Notes: generated from the sequence alone by a model not told the origin. A stretch of DNA of 64,000 bases from Phoronis australis (GCA_002633005.1 NMRA01000069.1:611740-675739), one strand, 5' to 3'; positions 12,270-27,569 are shown, numbered from the stretch's first letter. Numbers and translations are program-made.

Positions 12270-13000
12270 ATTTGGGCCATATAAAACTCACGCCTAACAT
12301 AAGGCATAGTGATAGATTTAACAAAAGTTTACTAATACTAAAATTATTTCAAAATAAAAACCCTATCACTGCATTACTGCGTTTGTATGGATACAGTGAC
12401 TCACTCGCAAATGTACGTATTTTAGAAGGAACTGTGATATTGGATTTATTCATACCACAGGCAAAGACTTCAAAATAGGTTAGTGCTTTGCTGTGTCCGT
12501 TGCCCGATATCCTGCTATATATATTAAGCAATGTCATGGCTGTTCCGTGAATATTTTTGATAACTGTGTACAGAAACGTGTTATTGATGTTGTCCAGTGG
12601 AATATCCTTCGTGTGACATTTATTTAATAACCAACGCACATTTCGAAGGTTTTGGCGGCAATCACCTCGTGTTGAGCCCAGAACGTCCAGTCCAATACAT
12701 GCACCCTTTGTCCCAACATAAACCCAGGCGACAGCTCTGATGATACTCGATAGAAACATGTGGGTATGATGGGATACGATAATTTTTATTGCAGATATAC
12801 TTTGAGTAAATGTAAACAGCATCAAAATTTGACCGTGTAAAACTCACGCTTAGAATTAACATTGTGATAGATTGAACAAAAGTTAACCAATACCAACACT
12901 TTTTTAAAATAAAAACCCTATTACAAACTGCACGATCACGTGTTTGGAATGTAGAAGGAAAATTGAGATCGGATTTATTCATACCACAGGCAATGACATT
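12270..13000 (+). repeat. ~200-bp diverged direct duplication (12270-12470 vs 12825-13000)
   Basis: Shared aaaactcacgc..gtgatagatt.aacaaaagtt..aaaataaaaaccctat..ggatttattcataccacaggcaa. Confidence 0.75.
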
Positions 13001-16000
13001 GGAAATTTCATTCAGGTGACATCAAAACAGGTAAATACGTTGTCTTAGGGCCGATTTACAATAATGAGCCTCAAAACAGTACACAGAGTACCTTCAAATT
13101 TATTAAAAAAGTTACAAAATGCTTGAACACATAAAGATATGAGATATTGAACATGTCCAAATTCCACCAGTCGGCGCGTGCTATGCATTGGAACACAGAA
13201 AGATATAGGCAACTGATTCCTGACAGGGAGACTACACAAATGGTATTTTCTAATTACTCAGAAGGCTTGAACATATAGTTTTCTCCGTTACCGTGAGATG
13301 TCACAGTCATCCATAATATGGTATCACCAAATGTTCCATCTATTGCATAGTTTTTAAAGGTTCACCATATTGATAGAAGTACCTAACAATTAACTTTTAA
13401 AACACATGCATAACAGTACACCCTTGATTGTGATATTCAAGTTCATGTGGTAAACCATAGTGTCCACATGCAGCAAGAAGTTTAAAAAGACCGTCAACTG
13501 AGAGCAAGAACAGAACAAGATCATGGTCATACATATTATGATATATTATGATATATGCAGGAGATACTACACAGACGATTAATTAGTCATTCAAAAGTGA
13601 TCTAAGTCCATCCATGTCCTGTTTGAAACTACTTCATGGAAGAGCCAAAGCCTCTCGAAAGGATCCAAAAAGTTTGGCAATGGTCAGTGAGCTGTTTCTT
13701 TTATTTACATTTTTAGTTTCCCGGTACTAAAAGTGAGCTGCTCCCCTGTCAATGACTTTGCATCACTAATTTATGGTCTCACAGATTGTCAAACTAACTA
13801 GCATTCCTTTCAGTCGGATTTGTGAACCTTTGCCTTGACAGGACCTTTTCAAAAAATCTAATTTGTTGTATTACAGGCGTTATAACACTTGAGAACCTTC
13901 AGAGTATCGAGCTGTGTCTTATATATACTAATGCAGTATGAAACGTAAGCAACGTTACTTTACTTCTTCCGTTTTGGATATCCATAGGTCCCAACGTATC
14001 GTGGGTATGGGTATGGCGTGTAAATAGATAAAAACGTGTATTAATAAAATTTACAAACAGTCGACAAATCAATTGTTTTCAGAACTGCTTCTGCTTGTGA
14101 AATCTGCAAAGGAATTCAATTAACACCATTCAGCATGCATTTTGGGGTCTTGAACGTAATTTGGGTTCAGCCATGCCGTATGTTAGGGCTTGTATTAGTG
14201 TGTTAGTGCAATTGTCAGTCGGGATTAGAAAGAGCGCTAGCAACAGCACAATTGTACAACCAAGACCTGCAACAAATGTCTAGTGTAATAGAGTCGATGA
14301 ATGTATAGAGATCTATTCATTTGAAGAACATGTGCGTCATCACATCCAAACACTAATACTTGAGTGCAACCAGAGTACAACAAAACTACAGTCAACCCTT
14401 AAGAACTATTACAACAATCTGGAAATCGCACAGTTGTCACCGGTGGAGAGCTGTAAATGCAAGACCCAAATGTCATCAATAACATAATTTAATCAGCACT
14501 ATCGTCCTTCAGGTATCTGGAAAGACAGCATCTCACAGCGTGCGCTCTCACGAAAGTGCAACTTACGGGTCTTTTTTACCTTTCCATCTCCGGTTTTATT
14601 TTGTGTCGGTTATCGGCGACATCTTAGGTTCTCTTCCAGTGGTAGCGAGGTCAGGGTGCTGCTTGTTCAGGTCTTGTATGATCCTAAAAAAAGTCTCTAT
14701 ATTTCTCTGTCAGTTTGAATAATTAAATTCATCTCAGAAATAGCTGTTTACATTTATGTTAAACATTGAAATATCAATATTCAAACGCAGTTCACAAAAC
14801 GAAAATGAAGTGATCATATTTTAGAACATGAACAGTATTTCCTAGATCACTTCTGGAAAATTTCGCATTTAAGTGAATTCGACCTTGTTATTGTGACCGC
14901 TGTTTTAATATCAGTGAGCTCTGTCTTTTGCTAAATACTATGATTTTTGAGAGAATGTGAGCAGAAACCAGGTGAGAAAGAGTGTAAATGAAAAAAGAGA
15001 TGCCTGAATGACTGGCGAGTACATGTTACACTTTACTTTTCTATGTTAAACAAACTCGCATGCAGTCGAAACAAGTAACTTCCATGAGATTTACAGCTTA
15101 GCAGCACCATACCTTTTGTTTCTGTGTCATTAGTGCAAGTGATGCTGCAGCACATTTCGTACCACGTCACTGTTCTCAGCGTCAGATCCTGCATGCTAAT
15201 GGTGTACTTATCAGCCAAAGTCCAGTGGATCGACGAAAGGCCAAGTCGCTAAAAATCAACAATGAGGTTAAAAGGAAATCAACACGTCCTTAGTAGTAAA
15301 ACCTATATGTCCTCAATTGAAAACTAGAAATGAGGAAAGGTATGACTTAAGGTATAAATTCAGGGTTTTGAAAAGAGAAGTACGACTCCAAGCAGGCAAA
15401 CATGTCTAGATGGGTGATAAACCCAATGTCACCGATTTGAACCATACTACACGTATGCATTTTAGTTACCTTTGGGATGATAAACAAAACAGTAAGGTGC
15501 AATCTCATTTTACCTTGTTTAAGGGGGAGAAATCAGGGAGCCTCTATTTTGGGGGTATACCATGCAATGAACTCACCGAAAATGTCTTATTTGCAATGCA
15601 TAATTAAAAAACCCGTGCACAAGATCATAATTTGTTTGTACTTTTTAAATAAAGCAAGTCTTCGGCTTCACAACGATGCTAAACAATGCTCATTAACTCT
15701 GCCGATTAGTTCAAAATTTTAGGCACTAACTATAGAGGGGTCAGAGGTTAACAAAGCATTGCAATTTTGCCACACTTTGAACCCGTATATCTCAGCTGGC
15801 ACAACACTGATCAACACCTGACTTTTACACAAGTCGTTTCTATGTTAGTGCTGTTGATTGGTATAATAAAAGTTTCTGGCTCCGAGCATTTTCCTATAGG
15901 AATCACTAGATTGTGACAACCACCTGAGTAGAAGTTACCTTCAATAGCGATACCTGTTTGGAACACTACAACACCATTAAAGTACATAGTTTTGATTCAA

Positions 16001-17415
16001 AAGTTGGTTTATTAATATTTAGTGTCATTAAGTCAGGCGCATTTATTTACGGTATTTTTTTCCTTTTTAATTAAAATTCCGCGGTTTTCTTGAACCCAGT
16101 GCCCAACAACAGGTGTCAATTTAGTGGTGGCAAAACGACTTATGATCCTGACTTGCAGTGTTAACTGTTATGATGAAGTGTGATGAAGTGTGTGGGACAT
16201 GAACAGAATAACCTCTGCACATGTGTGAAATCTTGATGCAGCATAAAGTGAGTACCAAGCCACTACACCTACAGACTGTGCGGCAACTGATTTTGGCGAG
16301 AGTCGGACAATTTACATATGCGTGTTCACCGGACCTGTGTCACGCCTTTGTGACTGCGTCCAAGGCAAGGGCAAGACACCGGACTCATCTTGGAAATCTG
16401 TGGAAAGCAAGTAGACTGTGCAAACACCCATTTCATTAGCAGTAGCTCGCGTGCCCATCCTGAAGTGGGGGTGCTGGTTGAAATGTCTAAATTCAACTTT
16501 CTTCCACAGGAACTCAACAATGTCAACGTATGTGTTCTTTCCTGTTGGTTCTGGTGAGTAATACTACTACTTTGTTTGATTTTGAAGTTATCACGGTAGC
16601 ATTGTGGTTTTAATAGCATCACTAGAAACAATAGTCGTTATTCAAATACAGTACACTGCAGTGTAAGTAACTGGTTCTCCTTTCAAGAAATTCACAAACT
16701 GAGTGACCATGCATGTATCATAAAAATGTAACAAAAGTGCTTGTTTTTGAACAGTATAGACAGAGCTTTTTATTGTGCCCACTGGTGAAATTCAGTAGTC
16801 CTATGCCTGCATCACTGTAAACAACTGATAAACAGTCTTGAGTTCCTAAGTGATATACCTATCCTGTCGCCGTTGTTAGAGTTTAGGCTAGCCTAGAGTT
16901 ATTCATTACCCTTACTAGTAGCGTCTTGTGTTAGTTGTAAGTTTAGTTTATGTGCATCTAGTGGCCACGTGCTGCAAGCGGAAAATGCAATATATCATTG
17001 ACTTACACATTTCAACAACTATTATTGTTGTTATGGGTCTTCTTTTTAGTTCATTACAGGAAGTATTAATTCTATAGATATATTGGTGAATGCGGTAGTC
17101 ATAGCATTATAAATTCCAACTTTAATTGACAACGTGCATGCCACAATTTCTTTTCACTTCAGCTGTCATTGAATTATGTAATTCTTGAAATCATAGTGTT
17201 TCGTTATGTTTTAGGAGTCCCACTAGGTCGACAATTAGGATCTGGGTATAATATTCTCTTGATGTCCAAAGGAATCCGGTCAAACTGGCAAAAATAAATC
17301 AAGTACCCACAGTGTTTTTCTGGTTGTACTTAGGGTCGTTTTACATATTACACGCCATAGGTCAAATGAATTATCTCAGCTAAAATCATTGGATTACTTA
17401 GAGGCAGTCACACCT

Positions 17416-17557
17416 CATGGGCTGCGCAGCACTGAAAAAAGTGGGGGCTAAAGCATCCTCAGCCCCCTGTGGCGCACCGCCTATAGACCAGGTGCGGTGC
17501 AGCACTGAAAAAAGTGGGGCTATAGCCCCCCTCAGTCCCCATGGTGCGCCGTCCATG
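17416..17557. mobile_element. 142-bp MITE with 5-bp TSD (hAT5-like)
   Basis: TIR CATGGGCTGCGCA / TGCGCCGTCCATG; TSD CACCT at 17411-17415 and 17558-17562; internal ~75-bp duplication. Confidence 0.75.
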
Positions 17558-20500
17558 CACCTGTGTAGTGGCTGGGCTCTGCAGAGTTCTGCAAAAGTGT
17601 ATAATTCGAGAGTGTTACAAACTGCCAGTCATTTTTCAGAAAGTAGAACAACAAAGCATACCTCTAAGAACTGCACAGGCGATGAAGACGGATAAGACGT
17701 TTAGGGAGGAAGACTGGCTGACACTACAACAGGATGAAGGTTTCTTTTCACGCTTGGCTGCCTTGAACCGCGTTGGAAAATGGTCAAATGAGGGAGATTA
17801 TGAACTTGACAGTCAGTGATGTCCAGAAATACTCCGGAATTCACCTTTGTCCGAATATTGTACAATCTGGTGGCTTGTCTGAGGAATTTAACCAGTTGTT
17901 ATTGATGTCATATTGTAGAAACTGAGATAAATGCAATATAGCAATACTTGCTGTGATTTTGTCAGTAAAATGTAGGGTTTTTATTCAGTGTTCTGTTTGA
18001 AACCTTGTTGTCCAATTTATTCAAAGATGCTGGTATTTCAGCTTTCATCTTTCAAATTCATATTGCACTCAATCTCACTTAACTAAAAAGCTTAAGGAAA
18101 GGTAGTGACTTAGGCAGACTGGCGAGTTTCAGGTAGTATATTTGATGACAAATTAAGGGAGGGGTCGTGTATTTTGAAAAGTTAACTTTGGGAATGTCAT
18201 ACTTGAACCAATTCACTGGCATTTAGATCAAAGAACACATTTACATATCTCGTGTTTTCCATGCTACTTTGTATAAATTAACTGGGCGATGAGTGTTAAA
18301 CCAGAATCTAGCCGCATTAAATATCACTTTTTACTTTAAAGTGGTCCAACATCATATTATACAGACTGAGGAGTTATGTGTGCAGTATGGAATGAGGAGG
18401 TACATGTAAGCGAGATCACCTGTATTTTGAACAGCTAACATAGGAGTGTCATATTTGAGCCAGTCCATTAGCACTTAGATCAGTTGCCACATTTAGATAT
18501 CTCTGTTGTTATTTTGCCTAAGAAAGTTGGTAGTCTTGCTATTAAAGCACCTCTAAGACTTAGCACTTAGAACCCAATGTGCATGAAGTTTATTTTGAGC
18601 TCTTATTACCAAAGTTTATATGCTGTATATTGTTTGTCAGCTGAGATTTCGTGGAAAAACCTGAGCTACAATACAATACTTGTCGTGTACTTATGGACTT
18701 TATACTGAAAGCAGCCTTTATCATCCTCACTTTTTTCACGTGACCTCTGCAGTGGATGAAAATCTACCATGCTTCCAACAGGAGCCATTTATATGGTCAA
18801 GTAACAGCTGATCACCTGGAACAGGATACTTTTGCCCTCTGGAGGACTGGGAAGCAATTTGAATTCACTTCTTTAGACTTCTCACAACTAGTTACACACT
18901 CTTATTCAAATACGTTTTTATGTGCCTCCCACTGCGCAGGCGAAGTATCTTCTCACTGGTAGCTGGTTCCATGTAGTCAGCCTCCATTGCTACTTGAAAG
19001 TCTCCCATTTTTCATTAGTGTCAATCACAACAAAATGCATACAGATAGCAAAATGATAACTTTAGGCAGCCATAGCATTTCAAAAATGACGTTATTGGGA
19101 CACTGGCGCCTATATAACGTCAACATTAATCTGGCCAGAGGTTTTTCGTTCGCTTGTAATTGCCAATGAAAATTTCACATTGACACTGTACTATGCTTTC
19201 AACGCCCTGCATCAAACTAGTTGAAGATTCCTCAAAAATAACGTTTGTTCAGACACACTCCACAGCTAACTCACAGTAAGCGTCTTTGTTAACAGGACAA
19301 TCACAGATAAAACCAAAAATAAATTATATTGTTTATACATCACAGTAAGATTTGGAAAGTCGCAAGTGGGGGGCAGGGGTAAGCACGATTTTTGAAGGAA
19401 ATTGTTATGAAAATGATTTGTCGACGGTGTTTTGTTTTGTTTTGTTTTGTTTTTAGCCGTGCGAATACGATTACTGAGCTTTGTAAAACCAGTGAGATTT
19501 GAATTTCGACTCTCGCAAAAGGTTTTCTGCCAAAATTACTGCTGTTTGTGTAGGAAGTATCCTAATTCCATGACAACGAGTACTTTTCAGAAATAAAGTA
19601 GAGTACCCTCTGTGCCTAGAAAATACGAAATTTGATAAATGCTTGATTGATTCGCAGTTTGCGGGCCAACTATTAGCAAATGTTCACTTTTTGTTGACGT
19701 TTGTAGGCATTACTCATTGTGGTGAAATGGCCTAACCACCAGTCACTTTCGACGAAAAATGACATGAAATCCGTTCGCGCCTGAATTTTTTTTGTCTTAT
19801 TGTGTAGATCTAAGATAGCTCAACACATTGGTTGGCACTAAAATGTTCTGAAACCTGTGCCAGCTGAGATATCGGGATACGAATTTAGACAATTTTGACA
19901 GTTTCAAAAATCATTAAAAGTACTCATTTTATGTGGCTCTAAAAACAGACAAAAAAGTATCGAAATCTTTTAAATTTTCATGAATAAAGTAGTCGAAGGT
20001 CACACCTGATCAATAACACAGGTTCAATATTTCAACGTTACTTCAACTGCTTAACGTAAATGTCGGAATTTTACCAAAAACAAGTAGTATCCATGGAAAC
20101 CAAAAGGGGGCGTTTTGAAAAAAGGTGGTCTGGCGTCAGTGGAGCCAGTGTCATCACAGAGACAAAATATAAAGAGAATCTGTGGCATAGCGTTTATCAC
20201 CCTCTGCCTGGTCCATTCGCGAACATGCTCTTAAGTCTTCAAGTTCGAAGATCAACACAAGTCCTAAACCCCATTAGTTCGAAAGCTAAAAGTTCAAACT
20301 TTCATGACACGAGATTCCGAACGGCGATTTCGAGCAAAATATTCGGTAATTTGGAAGCACATGCCTGTTTGACACTAGTTCTTCGAAGAGCCTGTGCCTC
20401 TGGAAAGGAGGCAAACAAAGTGGTTACCGTCATTAAAGTTTTGCTGTTCCGCTGCTGCTGAGGTTTCTGGTATCATAAATCTTGAAACCAGTTTTGATCT

Positions 20501-23500
20501 AACTAGCTTTCTTTTCTGTCGGAGTTGTGAACACTTGGCCAAATAGAGTCTTTTTAAAAACGTTTCATTTCCGTATCATTGGGTGTCAGGACTTGAGAAC
20601 CTTCAGAGTGCCGGGCTGCATCCAAAATATATAGTGGCATTAAACGGAAACAACGTTAGTTCACCTACATAATTTTCGTCTAAATCCTTAGTCATCCGTT
20701 TTGGTTATCCGAGGTTCACAGGGTATCGTTGAGGTACGGTTATACCGCGTAAATAGACAAAAACCTGTATTAATGAACTTTTCAAACAATCGACAAATCA
20801 ACAGTTTTCAATTGAAAAATCCTTGTCTCTACGCCGATAGAAATCGGTCACGGGAACCATTGTTCATCTCCATGTGGTTGTGGCATCTTCAGAGGAATTC
20901 AAATAACACCATTCAGCACGTATTTTGTGACCTTGAACGTCCTTTGGATTAATTCGTGCCCATTTTCCTGGTTTGTTAGGGCAATTGTTGGGTGGGATTA
21001 GAAAGTGCGTTAGCGTCAACGCGAAAGCACAAGTAAGAAAAATAACAAGTCCAAGCGAATTGTAAATACAATTGACCAATTGACAAATGGGCAGATCTAT
21101 TCATTAGAGTAAATGTGCGTCATCACGGTCCAAGCATTAATGCATGAGTAGAACCAAGGGTACAACTAAAATGCAGGCCATACTTGAAGTCTATTACAAC
21201 GAAATGGACAAAAAAACAGTGGTAACAGGTGAAGACCAAAATGTTATCAATAAAGACAGTTACCCCTATCGTGCTTCATGCATCGGGTAAGACAGCACCT
21301 CATGGCATGTGGCCTGACGCAAGAGGCAACTTCCGGGCTTCCGTTACCTTTCTGAGTCTGGTGTCTTTTTGTGTTAGTGGCTAAGCGACATGTTTGGTTT
21401 GTTGCCAGTGGTGGATCCTGCTCGTTCAGACCTTGTATGACCCTAAAAGAAGTGTTTTAAAAGTACATTTCTCAGAAATAGCTCTTCAGATTTATGTGAA
21501 ACATTCAAATACTATTATTTAAACGTCGTTCACAAAACGAAAATGAATTGATCATATTTTAGATTATTAACAATGTGTCTGATACCACTTCTGAAATATT
21601 TTTATCAAATGAAATTCGATATTGTTATTGACACCGTTTTTTACTAAAAGTGTGCTTTTCTCTTTTGCTAAATTTTGCAGTTTTTGAGAGATTGTGCCCT
21701 CGATCCAGGTATGAAACAGTGTACATGAATAAAGACGGTGCCTGAATGAGCAGCGAATAGAATTTTCACTTCATTTTTGCGAATCAAACAAGTTGCAAAT
21801 AGGAGTACACTCGTCCAGGACGTCTACAGATAACTGCACCACACCGCTTGACTCTGATATCTTTCGTCATAGTGGTCCTGCAACAAATTTGATATATTGT
21901 CACTGCTGGCAACTTCCGTTATCACACATGGATGGTATATTAGTCAGCCAAAGTCCGGTTGTTGGACACTGGGACAAGTCGCTAAAAATGAACTCTTTGA
22001 AAGTGATAAAGCAACACTACCTGAATTGAAATCTACGAGTGAGAAGGTGTTTGGGCCGAATGTAGGAAATCACGGTATTCCTCGGTTTCAAGGTTAGCTA
22101 GACCAAGAATCCATAAATCTCAATACCCAATGAAGTCCGAAAGCTATCATTTTCAAAAGTAAACGTTCGATCTTTCAGGACACGAGGTTCTGAAAAGTGA
22201 TTTCGTGAAAAAAATTTGGAGTTAGTTTCTATACACATGCCGTTTGAAACTACTGATTCGAAGAGCCAGTGCTTCTCAATGGGATCCAAACAAATTTTGT
22301 CAATGCTTACTGAGCCGCTACATTTAGTTACATTATCAAATTTTGGAATACAGTCAGTAAAATTTTGCTGCTCTGTTGTCAGACCTCGTCAGTAGTTTCA
22401 ACTAGACCTTCTCTTTGTTGGATTTGTGAACCTTCGGACTCAAGGTCCTTTTGAAAACGTTTCAATTGTCGCATAATTTGCCTTCTAACTTGTACACCTT
22501 CGGAGTATCGAGCTCTATCCTATTTATACCAATGCATTATGATTCGCAGGCAATATTAGATTTCCTTCTTAGCTTTTGTACTCGGTTATGAATTTTCTTC
22601 TTCCGTGCTTCTTCTTCCGTTTTGGTTATCCGTGGGTTGCAGCGCGTCGCTGTTGCGTAAGAATGGCGAGTCAATAGACAAAAAACAGGTATTAACAAAA
22701 TTTTGTGACCTTTTACGTTATTTGGATTTATTAATGCTGTCTTTCTGGGTACGTTTGGGATTGTGTCAGTAGGTTAGTGTAATTGTTAGTCGGGATTAGA
22801 AAGAGCATCAGCGTCAACGCGAATACACGATCAAGACAATTAACAAACGTGTGGTGCAAGCGAATGGTGATAGATTTGGTGGATGGAGAGGTGTATCCAT
22901 TTAAAGTACATGTGCGTCATCACGAACCAAACACTAAAACCTGAGTACAACCCAAAGTACAAGTAAAATACAGCCAAAACTTAAAATATTTTACAACGAC
23001 ACGACCCGGACACCACACAATTGTCATAGGTGGAGAACTGTAACTGCAAGTGCCACCCAGACTAAAATATTATAAATAACAAAAGCTGTACACCATTGTC
23101 GTCTTTCATGAATCAGTAAGACAGCAACTCATTGCGCTCGCCCTCACGAAAGAAGCAGCTTGCAAGACGTTTTTACCTTTTCCACTCTGGTGTTATTTTG
23201 TGTTCGTGGTTCAGCAACATTTTTGGTTCACTGCCAGTGGTGGCAAGGCCATGGTCTTTGTTGTTCGAAGCCTGTAAGACCCTAGAAAAGAACGTCTACA
23301 TTTCTCTAACGTTTGTATCTCAGAAATGACAGTTCACGTTGATGTAAAACTTTCAAATACTATGATTTAAACACCGTTCAGAAAACGAAAATGATAAGAG
23401 CATATTTTACAACTTTAACAGAGTTCTGAGATGACTTCTGGAACACCTTCATTAAATTAAATTCGATCTTGTTATTGATACCATTGTTTTACCATTAATG

Positions 23501-26500
23501 TGCTTTTTGTCCTGAGCTAAATTTTACGGTTTTTGAAAAATAATTTATTGTGCCCTGAAACCAGGTGTGAATTGATGTGTCCTAGAATGCACATACGGTC
23601 AAAGCATGTAACTTCCAGGATGTTTACAGCTTAATGGCACCATACTTTTTGGCTGTGGTGTCATTCGTGTAAGGGGTCCTGTGGTTTCATCCCACTGTTC
23701 GCGACGTCAAATCCCGCGTGCTGCATGCTAGTGGTTAATTAGTCAGTCCAATGGTTCGAAGAAATTTGGCGAAGTCTCTAAAAACCTACAATAAAATTCA
23801 AACGAAGTCAACCCCTTGGAGGCAATGAAATCGTATGATCGTTATTGAAATCTACGAGTGAGAAAGAGTGTGAGCAGAAGGTATGAATTCAAGGTATCCA
23901 TTGTTCTGAAAGCTTAAACGTCCAAAATCTATAAATTCGAAGGTCCGCACCAGTCCGAAGCTAAAAGTTAGAACTTTCATGTACCAAGATTATGAAAACT
24001 TGTTTGGAGAAGAAGGTTCGGGTATTAATATGCACGTGCCTATTTGAAACTACTTTATGGAACCCTAAGAGCCGGTCGGAAGGATCAAAGCAATATTCGG
24101 CAATGTGCAGAGATGTTGCATTTATTTACATTTTCAAATATTTGTTTACCACCACTACAATCTTGATGCTTCCTGTCGATGGCTAAATCACAGGTTTCAG
24201 GTATAATAGACCTTCGGACTAGTTTCGAACTAACTATTTTTTCTTTCTGTCGGATTTGTGAACCCTCGGGGTTAAAGGGCTCTTTTAGAAATACATTCAA
24301 TTGTCAGATGATTTGCCTTTAGACTTGTGAACCTTCATAGTATAGAGCTCTACCCTATTTATACCAATTCAGTATGAATCGCAAGCAAAATTATATTACA
24401 TTCTTAATTTTAGTCTTCGTTTGTCATTCTTCTTCTTGCATTCTCCTTCTTCCGTCTTGGTAATCCAGGGGTCGCAACGTATCGTTGTTGTGTGAGTATA
24501 GCAAGTAAATAAACAAAACCGTGGAATAATAAAATTTACAAACAATTGAGAAATCAATTGTTTTCCATTTGATACTTGAATAATCAATGTAATTGAAAAA
24601 TCCTTCTCCATGCCACGGGTGTAAACGATCAAGGGAACCACTGCTCAGCTCCACCTGGTTATGGCATCTGCAGAGGAACTCAGTTAACAGCATTCAGCAT
24701 GCACACAGGATCGTCATTTGGATTCAGTTATGCTGTTTTTAGTGTGTTAGGGTATGTGTTAGTATGTTAGTGCAAATGTTAGTCGAAATTTAGAAAGAGT
24801 GTTATCGTCAATACGAATGTACCACCAAGACAAGTAACAAACGACAAGTGAAAGCGAATGGTGATAGATTTGGTGCATGGAGAGGTGTATTCATTTAAAG
24901 TACATGTGCGTCATCACGAACCAAACAAAGTTGTCACAAGTGTCAGTCAGACCAAAATGTTGTCAATAACGACAGTTACACACCTCTATCGTCCTTCATG
25001 TATCTTTTAGGGCAGCATCTCATGATGCAGCCTCAGGGAGAGTGCAACTTAAAGAGATTTTTCACGTTTTCGGTTATGATATCATTTTGTGTTGGTGGTT
25101 GAGCGACATCTTTTGTTCTGTGCTATTGGTGGTAAGTTCAGTGTTCTGCTTGCTCAGCTTGCTCAGATCCTATAAGGCCCTGGACCAAACGTCTATATTT
25201 CTCTAATTTTGAACGCTTATATCTCAGAAATAGCTGTTCTTATTCATGTAACACCTCCAAATACTGTGATTTAAAGGCAGTTCTTAAACAAAAATGAAGA
25301 GCATATTTTAGAACGTTAATAGAGTTCTGAGGTCACTTCTGGAACACTTTCATGAAATGAAATTCGATCTGGTTATTGATATCATTGTTTTACCATTAAC
25401 GTGGCTTTGCCTTTTGCTAAATTTTACGGTTTTTGAGGGACTGTGCCCTGAAACTAGATGTAATACAATGCATATGAATAAAAATAGATGCCTGAATGAC
25501 TTAACTTTTCCAAATGAAACCAGGCTTCTGTACAGTTTTGATGACTCGTAGAATACACAGACAGTCCAAGCATTTAACTTCCAGGATATTTAGGGGTGAA
25601 CGGCACCATACCTTTTGACTCTGATGTCATTCCTGTGAGTGGTCCAGCGGCACCTTTGGTACACTCTCACTGCTCGCGACGTCAGATCCCGCATGACAAT
25701 GGTATACTAGTCAGCCAATGTCCAGTGGTTTGACGAAATTAGGTCAATTCCTTAAAAGCCTACAATGATGTTCAAACAAAGTCATCTCATTTGAAGCAAT
25801 GAAACCTTATGATCTGAATTGAAAAGTACAAATAAGAAAGAGTGTGAGCAGAAGGTATGAAATCACTTATTCATTGGTCCGAAGGTTTACAAGTCCAAAA
25901 ATCCATAAATCCAAAGGTTCAAACTAGGTCGAAAGTCCATTAGTTTGAAAGCTAAAAATCTAACTTTCATTTATTACAGTTAGCAAAATGTTCGGAGATT
26001 TGTATGCACGTTCCTGTTTGAAACTAATTTTTGGAAGTGCCAGTGCCTCCTCTCGAAAGGATCCAAACAATGTTCCACAGCACTTAAACGCTGTTACAAT
26101 GATTTGGACACCACAAAGTTGACACAGGTAGACAACAGTAACTGCAAGTATCGGCCAGACAAAATGTTATCAATAACGAAAGTTTCATACCTCTATCGTC
26201 CTTCGTGTACCGTGTAAGACAGCATCTCATGGCGCGCCCTCACGGAAGGTGTAACTTCAGAGATTTTTTTTATCTTTCCAATTACGGAATTATTTGAGTA
26301 GGTGGTTCAGTGTTATCTTTGGTTCTCTGTCAGTAGTGGTGAGGTCATGGTTGTTCAGATCATGTATTATCTTTGAAATAACGTTCAAATTTCTCTAACT
26401 TTGAAGATCCGTATCAGAATAGCAGTTCATATTTAGGTAAAATGTCAAATACCATGATTTAAACACCGTTCAAAAAACGAAAATGAAATGATCATATTAA

Positions 26501-27569
26501 CTGTGATGACTTCTGAAACATTTACTTTCATCGAATGAAACTCCACTGAGTGATTGATACCATTGTTTTAACATTAATGTGCTTTTGATTTTTCTTAAAT
26601 TTACAGTTTTTGCCCTGTGAAACAGTGTTCATGAATAAAGGCAGATGTTGAATGACTGGCGAGTAAATTTTGAACTTCGCTTTTTCGAATCAAACAAGGA
26701 TGGTTTCTTATGAACATTACTGGTGACATTCGTGTTAGTTGTCCGGGCCTACCTTGGGTATACTGTAACTGCTTTCGACGTTAAATTCCGCGCGTTAATG
26801 GTATACTAGTCAGCCAAAGTCCACCTTTTGAAGAATGACCAAGTCGCTATTAAATCTACAATACGGTTAAAAGGAAACCAAGCCTTTAGAAACGATAAAA
26901 CCTACATGACTTCAATTTAAAACTAGAAGTAAGAAAGTGTGTTTGCTGAAGGTATGAAATCACAGCTTTCATTTTTCCGAAGCTTTTTAAGTCCACAAAT
27001 ACACGCAAGTACGAAAGCCCATAACTGCGAAAGCTAAAAGTTCAAACTTTAATGACATGAACGGTGATTTGGAACAAAATATTTTGGGATATTAAACACT
27101 TGAAGAGCCAGTTTCTCTGGAAAAGATCCAAACACAGTTCAGCAATGTGCACTGAGCTTTCGCTTTCATTTACATTTTCAAATTTTGTTTTACCGCCACT
27201 AAAATTTTGCTATTTTGCTGTCGTTGACTTTGAATAACCGGCTTCTGGTTTCGTGGCCTTATTTCGGACAAACTAACTTTCTTGTCTCTCAAAATCGTGA
27301 ACCTTGGGCCTGATAGGGCATTTTTAAAAACAGTTTCATTTCTCGTGTTATGGGTGTTTGGACTTGAGAACCTTCAAAGTATCGAGCTGCAATTACTTAT
27401 ATTAATGCAGTATGAAACGCAACCAACATTAGTTTACCTTCATAATTTTCATTCTAAATCCTTCTCCTGTTTTGGTTATCCGTGGGTCGGAGCACATCGT
27501 TGGGGTATGTGTATGGCTTGTAAATAGACAAAACGTGTATTTTACAAACAACCGACAAAATCAAATTTT

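Noticed and set aside
12735-12765. CTGATGA...GAAAC hammerhead core
   Set aside because: Only 2 bp of stem II and no stem I pairing.
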